From NCBI GenBank assembly GCA_002269645.1, contig NIVC01000215.1:434001-498000 (forward strand): a stretch of 64,000 bases of DNA. The letters are read 5' to 3'. This document shows, piece by piece, positions 51,068-62,100 of this stretch; the stretch's first letter is position 1, and each line of letters starts with the position of its first letter. This stretch comes from Macrostomum lignano (taxonomy: Eukaryota). The notes below the pieces were generated by a model. It was not told the DNA's origin. It worked only from the letters and a program-made list of their open reading frames with translations, and ran no database searches. The position numbers were made by a program, and so were the translations under genes.

Positions 51068-52069
51068 CTCATTAGAATCGGCCATGAACCACTCATTAGA
51101 ATCGGCCCTGAACCACTCAGAGAATCGGCCCTGAACCACTCATTAGAATCGGCCCTGAACCACTCAGAGAATCGGCCCTGAACCACTCATTAGAATCGGC
51201 CCTGAACCACTCAGAGAATCGGCCCTGAACTACTCAGAGAATCACCTCTGAACCACTCAGAGAATCGGCCCTGAACCACTCAGAGAATCGCCTCTGAACC
51301 ACTCAGAGAATCGCCTCTGAACCTTTTGGAAAACAAATTAATCTTACGACCCAGGAAAATTGCAATCAGTAAAAAGAAAGTGCACCTGCAAATCTCTGTC
51401 CAGCACTCAAGAGAATAAAATATTTAACTACGTGAGCGACTCAAAAAAGGCCTGCTGTCTGCAATCCCCCGACATGCCCCACCGACGATTGAGGCATTCA
51501 ACCGGAAATTTGACTAGCATGCAGTAATCGATAAGAGCGCTAATATTATACTCGTATTATTAAAATTATATATAGTAATATACAATATATACCAAAGTGT
51601 TGGGAAGGTGGATAGCAGCGGGAAAAATCCTAAAGTGGACAATTCATGAAGCAAATTGGACTGAATAACCCTGTTCTATGCAGCATCGAAGACTGACAGA
51701 CTGACTGAATTGGCCAAGTTGAGTAATTTGATCACCCAGTCTCGCTCCAGCTGTTCTACAGGGACAGTTCCGCCCTCGGGTTTTACTACGAGTAGGAATG
51801 GGATTAAACAATTGAGTAAAGAAAGTTTATCCGCTTAAATTCAAGCCTTCGCTGAAATTTGAAGATGAGCGCTAAAATTCTCTGCTCCGTCCAACAAAGT
51901 CAGCGTTAATCCTGGCTTCGTAGAATAAAATCTGCAGTCAATTTTTTTGTGAAAATTTCTGCTTTTTTCTGCGTGTTCTTTGCGGGGGTGGCTCACCGTG
52001 CATAAGAGTGTAATTCTTGGCTTTTTGGCAGACCATCAAGGACCGGATAACAGTTTTTTTACTCAGGCC

Positions 52070-55000
52070 CCATGATCAAGGACTGGAAACCCTGCACTAA
52101 ATAACCATAGATCAGGGACTGGAAAACCCTGCACTAAATAACCATCGATCAGGGACCGGAAACCCTGCACTAAATAACCATCGATCAGGGACTGGAAACC
52201 CTGCACTAAATAACCATCGATCAGGGACTGAAAACCCTGCACTAAATAACCATAGATCAGGGACTGGAAAACCCTGCACTAAATAACCATCGATCAGGGA
52301 CTGGATACCCTGCACTAAATAACCATAGATCAGGGACTGGAAAACCCTGCACTAAATAACCATCGATCAGGGACCGGAAACCCTGCACTAAATAACCATC
52401 GATCAGGGACTGGAAACCCTGCACTAAATAACCATCGATCAGGGACTGAAAACCCTGCACTAAATAACCATAGATCAGGGACTGGAAACTCTGCACTAAA
52501 TAGCCATAGATCAGGGACTGGAAACCCTGCACTAAATAACCATCGATCAGGGACTGGAAACTCTGCACTAAATAGCCATAGATCAGGGACTGGAAACTCT
52601 GCACTAAATAGCCATAGATCAGGGACTGGAAACCCTGTACTAAATAACCATAGATTAGGGACTGGAAACTCTGCACTAAATAACCATCGATCAGGGACTG
52701 AAAACCCTGCACTAAATAACCATAGATCAGGGACTGGAAAACCCTGCACTAAATAACCATAGATCAGGGACTGGAAACCCTGCACTAAATAACCATAGAT
52801 CAGGGACTGGAAACTCTGCACTAAATAGCCATAGATCATGGACTGGAAACCCTGCACTAAATAACCATATATCAGGGACTGGATACCCTGCACTAAATAA
52901 CCATCGATCAGGGACTGAAAACCCTGCACTAAATAACCATAGATCAGGGACTGGAAACCCTGCACTAAATAACCATAGATTAGGGACTGGAAACCCTGCA
53001 CTAAATAACCATCGATCAGGGACTGAAAACCCTGCACTAAATAACCATGGATCAGGGACTGGAAAACCCTGCACTAAATAACCATAGATCAGGGACTGGA
53101 AACCCTGCACTAAATAACCATAGATCAGGGACTGGAAACTCTGCACTAAATAGCCATAGATCAGGGACTGGAAACCCTGCACTAAATAACCATAGATCAG
53201 GGACTGGATACCCTGCACTAAATAACCATCGATCAGGGACTGAAAACCCTGCACTAAATAACTATCGATCAGGGACTGGAAACCCTTCACTAAATAACCA
53301 TAGATCAAGGACTGGAAACCCTGCACTAAATAACCATCGATCAGGGACTGAAAACCCTGCACTAAATAACCATAGATCAGGGACTGAAAACCCTGCACTA
53401 AATAACCATAGATCAGGGACTGGAAACCCTGCACTAAATAACCATAGATCAGGGACTGGAAACTCTGCACTAAATAGCCATAGATCAGGGACTGGAAACC
53501 CTGCACTAAATAACCATAGATCAGGGACTGGAAACCCTGCACTAAATAACCATAGATCAGGGACTGAAAACCCTGCACTAAATAACCATAGATCAAGGAC
53601 TGGAAACCCTGCACTAAATAACCATAGATCAGGGACTGGAAACTCTGCACTAAATAGCCATCGATCAGGGACTGGAAACCCTGCACTAAATGACCATAGA
53701 TCAGAGACTGGAAACCCTGCACTAAATAACCATAGATCAAGGACTGGAAACCCTGCACTAAATAACCATAGATCATGGACTGGAAACCCTGCACTAAATA
53801 ACCATCGATCAGGGACTGAAAACCCTGCACTAAATAACCATAGATCAGGGACTGAAAACCCTGCACTAAATAACCATAGATCAGGGACTGGAAACTCTGC
53901 ACTAAATAGCCATAGATCAGGGACTGGAAACCCTGCACTAAATAACCATAGATCAGGGACTGGAAACCCTGCACTAAATAACCATAGATCAGGGACTGGA
54001 AACCCTGCACTAAATAACCATAGATCAGGGACTGGAAACCCTGCACTAAATAACCATAGATCAGGGACTGAAAACCCTGCACTAAATAACCATAGATCAG
54101 GGACTGGAAACCCTGCACTAAATAACCATAGATCAGGGACTGGAAACCCTGCACTAAATAACCATAGATCAGGGACTGGAAACTCTGCACTAAATAGCCA
54201 TAGATCAGGGACTGGAAACCCTGCACTAAATAACCATAGATCAGGGACTGGATACCCTGCACTAAATAGCCATAGATCAGGGACTGGAAACCCTGCACTA
54301 AATAACCATAGATCAGGGACTGGAAACCCTGCACTAAATAACCATAGATCAGGGACTGGAAACCCTGCACTAAATAACCATAGATCAGGGACTGGAAACC
54401 CTGCACTAAATAACCATAGATCAGGGACTGAAAACCCTGCACTAAATAACCATAGATCAGGGACTGGAAACCCTGCACTAAATAACCATAGATCAGGGAC
54501 TGGAAACTCTGCACTAAATAGCCATAGATCAGGGACTGGAAACCCTGCACTAAATAACCATAGATCAGGGACTGGAAACCCTGCACTAAATAACCATAGA
54601 TCAGGGACTGGAAACCCTGCACTAAATAACCATAGATCAAGGACTGGAAACCCTGCACTAAATAACCATAGATCAGGGACTGGAAACTCTGCACTAAATA
54701 GCCATCGATCAGGGACTGGAAACCCTGCACTAAATGACCATAGATCAGAGACTGGAAACCCTGCACTAAATAACCATAGATCAAGGACTGGAAACCCTGC
54801 ACTAAATAACCATAAATCATGGACTGGAAACCCTGCACTAAATAACCATCGATCAGGGACTGAAAACCCTGCACTAAATAACCATAGATCAGGGACTGAA
54901 AACCCTGCACTAAATAACCATAGATCAGGGACTGGAAACTCTGCACTAAATAGCCATAGATCAGGGACTGGAAACCCTGCACTAAATAACCATAGATCAG

Positions 55001-55730
55001 GGACTGGAAACCCTGCACTAAATAACCATAGATCAGGGACTGGAAACCCTGCACTAAATAACCATAGATCAGGGACTGGAAACCCTGCACTAAATAACCA
55101 TAGATCAGGGACTGAAAACCCTGCACTAAATAACCATAGATCAGGGACTGGAAACCCTGCACTAAATAACCATAGATCAGGGACTGGAAACCCTGCACTA
55201 AATAACCATAGATCAGGGACTGGAAACCCTGCACTAAATAGCCATCGATCAGGGACTGGAAACCCTGCACTAAATGACCATAGATCAGGGACTGGAAACC
55301 CTGCACTAAATAACCATAGATCAAGGACTGGAAACCCTGCACTAAATAACCATAGATCATGGACTGGAAACCCTGCACTAAATAACCATAGATCAGGGAC
55401 TGGAAACCCTGCACTAAATAACCATAGATCAGGGACTGGAAACCCTGCACTAAATAACCATAGATCAGGGACTGGAAATCCTGCACTAAATAACCATCGA
55501 TCATGGACTGGAAAACCCAGCACTAAATAACCATAGATCATGGACTGGAAAACCCTGCACTAAATAACCATAGATCATGGACTGGAAAACCCTGCACTAA
55601 ATAACCATAGATCATGGACTGGAAAACCCTGCACTAAATAACCATAGATCATGGACTGGAAAACCCTGCACTAAATAACCATAGATCATGGACTGGAAAA
55701 CCCTGCACTAAATAACCATAGACTGAAAAC
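52070..55730. repeat. 36-bp satellite, ~100 copies
   Basis: Unit GATCAGGGACTGGAAACCCTGCACTAAATAACCATA, head-to-tail with no spacers. Confidence 0.97.
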
Positions 55731-56337
55731 CCACGATTAGCGCTAGATATACAAAATAGTTGTTCCAGTTTGTGTACTCTACCAATCCTTGAGAGCCAAG
55801 TGTGTACACGATTAAGGAAGTTCCAAGGAAAATAGCTCGTAGTCGCAAAGTCGCAAACTAGTTGTAGTTTACCAACCCACACAATTCTGTCAAAACAATT
55901 TATAGCCTACGCACTCACGTAATATGTCTGCGCTGTCATTATTTTCAGTTTTTTCTAGCCTAGAACTTTATCATCTACTAAAACTATGGGCAGATTGAGA
56001 AAAAGCTATTCAAAATATATTGTCCCTTAGTAAGGAACACACGAATGCAACGAAGGGATTGCTACAGGCTTTTTCGAGGACCTCACACGGCATATGGCCA
56101 ACGCACAGTCCCACTCTCTCTCTCTCTCTCTCTCTTTATCGGGCCACTTTTTTCCTTTCTCGGCTGTCCAACGAGAGATCCGATCGAATCACTTCCGCTT
56201 AATAGAGTCGTCTCAGCATTATATATAGCATAGAAAATGAGATCCTTGAGCAAGGAGTTTGCCTACCGAGTTGTTCAAAGGCAGGAAGCCTATATTTTAC
56301 GTATTGGAAATTATTGAAAAAACAACATCTCAAAGAA

Positions 56338-57410
56338 ATGTACCTGGAGCTGTTCAACGCCCTGACTTTCAGCTTAGGCGTTATTCTGATCGCTACTGGT
56401 TACTTCTTGGTCGGTCAGAAATCACAGGTGTACGATCTGTACGGTCCGACCTTTCCTATGGCACTGCTGATTGTCATATCGATTGGTATTACAATTGCCG
56501 CTGTGGTGTCTGACACTTCGTTTTATAAGAGTAGCTCTTCGGCTGGTAGCTGTCAGGTGAGTGTGAGAAAAATAGCTGACAGCCAACTACCATAGCAAAA
56601 AATATGGGTAGCAGCCAATATGCATAGCAACCTATATACATAGCAACCAATATGCATAGCAACCAATATGCATGAAAATCAATATGCATAGCAACCAACA
56701 GACATAGCAACCAAGAGGCATAGCAACCAACATACATAGCAACCAATATTCGTAGCAACTAATGATGCAAAAGGTAACCAAAAGGTGCAAACCAAACGTT
56801 ATGCATAGAAACAAAATCATTCTATCAACCAATTCACATAGCAACCATCAGATATCTTGCGCATATTACTTACCTTCCTTCGCAGATTCTAATCTTCATC
56901 CTATTGATAGTGCTCATACTCAGCCTGGAGCTGTCGGCGGCCGTAGCCGGACTCGCCCTGCCAGACTACATCCGCAGCATCGCCAGCCGGAACATCCAGC
57001 AGCAGATGGCCAACTATCCTAAAGCCAACGCTAGCGCCTCCTTTGCCGACGGTCGCGAACCCTGGATCGATGTGGTGCAGCGCAGCTTTGGGTGCTGCGG
57101 TTTAAACGGCTCGTCGGACTGGTTGCATCATCAAGGTCGACCGCCGGCAAGTTGTTGCACAACGCGGGTGAGTCAGTCAACGCCTTTGACAGGCTGCAAC
57201 GCCAGCAGTGTGCACTCGGCCGGATGCGATTACGTCATTAAAGCTTGGCTCACTGGCGAAGTTCGCGTATTCGCTGGCATCGCCGCTGGCATCTGCTTGC
57301 TGCAGTTGGTCAGCGTGGGAGCGATGCTTTATAAAAAGTCTACCTGGCGACCGAAACTGTTGCCGAATGAGGTAGAAACTAAGGCTGACTTTGTTGATGG
57401 CACTCGTTGA
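56338..57410 (+). CDS. Tetraspanin (divergent)
   Basis: Exons 56338(start uncertain)-56556 and 56886-57410, phase 0. Four hydrophobic segments, CCG motif (QRSFGCCGLNGSSDW), PASCC and GC in the large extracellular loop. Confidence 0.85.
56590..56770. repeat. Degenerate 16-bp CATAGCAACCAATATG array, tetraspanin intron
   Basis: Direct inspection. Confidence 0.8.
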
Positions 57411-58250
57411 TTGAAGCTGGTTGAGTTTGGTACTATTTTGTGGAATTTCCATCTAACCCCCTGTGGGGGGGCAGTTGGGCTAGTCCACTTTACTAATTTT
57501 CTGAAATTTGTGCAAACGGGCCTAAAGATCATCTTAATCGATTCAATCTGATCCCCTGTAGAGGGGGGCGTGGCAGCTGGCTAGTCTACTATACTAATAT
57601 TCTGAAATTTTTACGAACGGGCCTAAGACTCTTCGATTCAATATGATCTCTGTGGAAGGCCAGTTGGACTAAGTCAAGTAAGGTACAAGTTTAGTAGCTC
57701 GTACGTTGCTATACTGAAGAAACATATAAGCGTAATTTATTGACAATATTTTCAATGGAGATAATGTACTAAAAACGCGTTGCTGATCCTTTGGCGATTT
57801 TTACATCCCTACATTTCTACAATTAATTACCACAAAAAAGTAAATTGTTTGTTATCGTCGCTGGTAAATGCTATGTTTCAGCGGTGAAAGTTTGATGTTG
57901 AAAAAATTGGTGACGGTACTAACTAACTGACTTTGTTCTCGGTTCTGAATTATTTTTGTTGTAAAGAAATGTGACATTCAAATAATGAACACGATAAATT
58001 TTAAATTAGTAGCCAAACATTGATTAATTTTAGAATAAGTGACAGAGGCACAAATATCAGATCTTTCACTTATTTATTACGCCTCATGAATAAATATTCC
58101 AATGGTTAATGAGCACTTTAAAAAATTGTGTCACAAACAGTTTGCAGCAACGAGTAAGTATAGTGTTACAATTTTGTTATATTTATGCTGAAAAAATAAT
58201 TGGCTTTAAAACCACTTCGCGCCCAAGCTTGGTTCTGTAAGATGGCTTAA

Positions 58251-59036
58251 AAGCCCAAAGGCCTGCAGAGCAGTCTATTAGACAAATTTGTCTTTTTTCT
58301 GAATCGAGTGCACACCCTAGAAGCCCAGAAGTAAAGTATATCACATAGTTTTTCAGCTAGCTCCTGTTCAAACCACCCACAAATGGCTTTTACGCGGCCG
58401 AATAGGACAGCTAAAAGTGACGCCTTGCGTAGACTGGGACTCGATTCCGATTCGGAAGACGCTTTATCAAGCAATGACTCGACGGTTTTGAGTTTTTTAT
58501 CAATCTTCCTGACTGAAGAGTTTCTCACCACAGTCTTGTCACTTGGACCAATGAGCGAATGTGGTTGGCAGTCAGGGAGTTCCAGCAGGAGAGTGCAGAA
58601 AATGGCGAGGGTTGTTGTTGAGCTTAGCCGCGAAGTGCTGGGCGAAGGATACCACATATATACACGGACGACTCCGATCCCAGCAACGGAAGCCCAGACT
58701 CGCCCAAGCAAACGATTCCGAATTTGAAACCTGATGTTCCAGCTAAGAAGACAGTATTTTGCTGCAGCCAATGTCCCGGAAATCCTGGTCTCTGTCCAGA
58801 TCCATGCTAATTCATCCACGCTTTATTTCCCCTTTAACATTTCCCATTTGAGTGAAAACACAATGGAAATGCATAATGGACGTCTTTAAATCAGTCATGG
58901 CCTGCACAGCAGGCCATACTGGGCACTTGCTTTAGTGATTGGGAGATGGTTTTTGATGCCATAGACATTTTTCAATCTCTGGGTTTCTGGGCCGTTTCGG
59001 TATGGCCTGCAGTGCAGGCCTTTGGCTTCCAAATGG
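58251..59036 (+). mobile_element. Internally deleted piggyBac element
   Basis: ORF 58383-58727 contains FLSIFLTEEF and VVVELSREVLGEGYHIYT (PGBD-like). The right end reads ...CCAAATGG|TTAA; the left end TTAA|AAGCCCAAAGGCCTGCA matches it apart from a short deletion. Internal inverted repeat at 58900-58920/59000-59020. Confidence 0.7.
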
Positions 59037-59164
59037 TTAAAGCTAAAACGTTTAAATGGGTCGACTTTAATTATCGTCTAATAAATATTAACTTAAAAAA
59101 TAATACCTCCCTCAGTTTTGAACTCGAAGTCTTATATCAGAAAATTCGAACGGTGCAATTTCAA

Positions 59165-62100
59165 TCACGGCGAAGGCGTTTTGTAGACAATGAAGATGTG
59201 CTTTCCGTAGCGGAATACGAATGAGTAGCCGGGCTCGTGTCCGTAGTAGCACCAGAACTCGCCGTTGACCACGACCACGTGCCACAGGAAGCCGAGCTTG
59301 CTGTCTAGCTGGTTCTTGATCCACTTGGGCGCGTCCTGATAAATTGTATGTATAGATTAAAATTTGGTAAGTCAACAATGTACATTGATCATTAAAGGCA
59401 ATGTAAATTTCAAACGGGCCACTTAAATAGTGAGCAACCATGAGCGAAAAAAATTAAGTTGTACTTAGTTGTACATTTTACTGTACATAATACGGACGGT
59501 TTCGATAGGCACTACCAATAACTGTGATATATAATGGAGTCACTGAGCTGAATCAGGGCTTGCCAAAAAGCGTTAGAATTAACCACTGCAAACAAAGTAG
59601 CTCGTATATTTTAGTGCAAGCATATCTATGATCAATCATATCTATGATCAATCGTATCTATGATCAATCGTATCTATGATTAATCGTATCTATGATCAAT
59701 TGTATCTATGATCAATCGTATCTATGACCAATTGTATCTATGATCAATTGTATCTATGATCAATCGTATCTATGATCAATTGTATCTATGATCAATTGTA
59801 TCTATGATCAATTGTATCTATGGTCAATCGTATCTATGATCAATCGTATCTATGATCAATCGTATCTATGATCAATCGTATCTATGATCAATCGTATCTA
59901 TGATCAATCGTATCTATGATCAATCGTATCTATGATCAATCGTATCTATGATCAATCGTATCTATGATCAATCGTATCTATGATCAATCGTATCTATGAT
60001 CAATCGTATCTATGATCAATCATATTTATGATCAATCGTATCTATGATCAATCGTATCTATGATCAATCATATTTATGATCAATCGTATCTATGATCAAT
60101 CGTATCTATGATCAATCGTATCTATGATCAATCGTATCTATGATCAATCATATCTATGATCAATCGTATCTATGATCAATCGTATCTATGATTAATCGTA
60201 TCTATGATCAATCATATCTATGATCAATTGTATCTATGATCAATCATATTTATGATCAATCGTATTTATTGACGCACAGAATTGCGCGCTGATGCTGATG
60301 ATAAAAGATCGAGCTTGAAGAGAATTTTGTCTTTTCCGTTAATTTTCCGTCAGGAGACGATAACGAGCAGGATTAAGTAGCCATAAAGATTAATTTAAAA
60401 AAAAAAACTTGGACTGAGATTGATCTAATCTTTGTGCATCTGTCAACATAGATTGCGTCTGTGTTGTGCGTTATTTTCCAAACTTAGAGTCCTTTGGTTT
60501 ATAATCATACTTTTTGTTTATTCAAAGGATCATAATAAATTCAAAATTCGCAAACTAAATTTTGTTTAAGAGATGAATACAAAGTAACCAATGCTATTTT
60601 AAGCTTAAGGACACCAAGCACTTCGCCATAGACAGCTGGAAGGAATTAAAAGCTTTTTTAAACTCGGGAACTCTTAGTGCCAGGCTAACACAACGCTCGT
60701 CACGGGATCGTCCAATTCGAAGGGCAATGAGATCAAATTCAGTCACGAGGTGAAGCTGGGCAAAGCTGCTAAGTGGCTGGCCGTGTGCAGCGACTCCAGC
60801 GGCTTCGCTAGCGACAGCTCCAGTCGCGTCGTTGCCGCACAGTCCGGAAGCGACGGTAGCGAGGCTCTGCCTTAGCCCTGCATATTTGTGTCATACGTAT
60901 TAGAAAACTCAAGCTCTAACGCGGACCACCTGCTGGTTGTGTCTTTGCTGATTGCTCAGAATTCTGGAGTGACCGTGACGGACCTGAGCGGCTTGAAGTT
61001 GGTTCAAATCAAACCGAAAAGAAGAGTCGGGGGACTTGGGCTACTAAAAGTCCAACACTGTGTATGTAAGCTGCTGCTATGGCCAAGTTGCCGACTTTGA
61101 CACCGACACCGGAGAGATGAAGTACCTCACAAAGCCGATGTGGTAACAGTAATTCCAAGCTAGGCAACCTGGTCATTCACGACAATCATTTGCTAGTGAC
61201 AGACCTCGAGCAAAAACAGGTTCTCAGGTTGCGCAAGCACATGGACCGGCCAACCGGCGGCGACATCGGGTTTGACGAGCCCCACGGGCTGGCGGTGGTT
61301 GTGGTAGACCAGCAAGAGCTCCTTTTGGTGGCTGACAAGGACAACAATCGGATTGTGGTGCTGAACATCCTGCGATGACGTCACTTGTGCATGTTCTTTC
61401 AATTGTTTTTTGCTTCGTCAGGATATGCATAAAGCCGATGTAAATTCATTCATGTTGGGTAATTTTATTCGAAAGCCTGAGTTTTTCACATTGGAAGCTG
61501 AGATGACTCTTTCTGATTGACGAAAAAGTGATTTAAAAACGCTTGAAAAAAGCACAGCTATAATAGATTGCTGACAGGCATTTGCGCAAAGGTGAAGGAA
61601 TATTGATGTAGTGATGATGCAGTGATTGATTATGCAGTGATGAAGCAAGTGATGATGCAGTGATGATGCAGTGATGATGCGGTGATGATGCAGTGATGAT
61701 GCAATGATGATGCAGAGATTATGCAGTGATGAAGCAAGTGATGATGCAATGATGACGCAGTGATTATGCAGTGATGAAGCAAGTGATGGATGATGCAGTG
61801 ATGATGCAATGATGACGCCGTGATGAAGCAAGTGATGATGCATTGATGATGCAATGATGACGCAGTGATGATGCAGTGATGATGCAGTGATGATGCAATG
61901 ATGACGCAGTGATGATGCAGTGATGATGCAGTGATGATGCAATGATGACGCAGTGATGATGCAAGTGATGATGCATTGATGATGCAATGATGACGCAGTG
62001 ATGAAGCAAGTGATGAAGCAAGTGATGATGCAATGATGACGCAGTGATGATGCAGTGATGATGGTGCTATTGTACGCATAGAATATAGCCTAAGCTGATG

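Larger units (their letters stand above)
49965..51325. repeat. 23-bp minisatellite carrying two retro-inserts
   Basis: Unit GAACCACTCA(GA/TT)AGAATCGGCCCT-type, 23 bp. Confidence 0.95.

Noticed and set aside
49965-51325. CRISPR-like repeat/spacer pattern
   Set aside because: The two apparent spacers are copies of one poly(A) insert with a TSD.
52727-55541. 925-, 827- and 759-aa ORFs as repeat proteins
   Set aside because: They are translations of the 36-bp satellite in several frames and on both strands, with no unique domain.
52070-55730. CRISPR array (36-bp repeat length)
   Set aside because: Units are head-to-tail with no unique spacers, there are no cas genes, and the context is eukaryotic.
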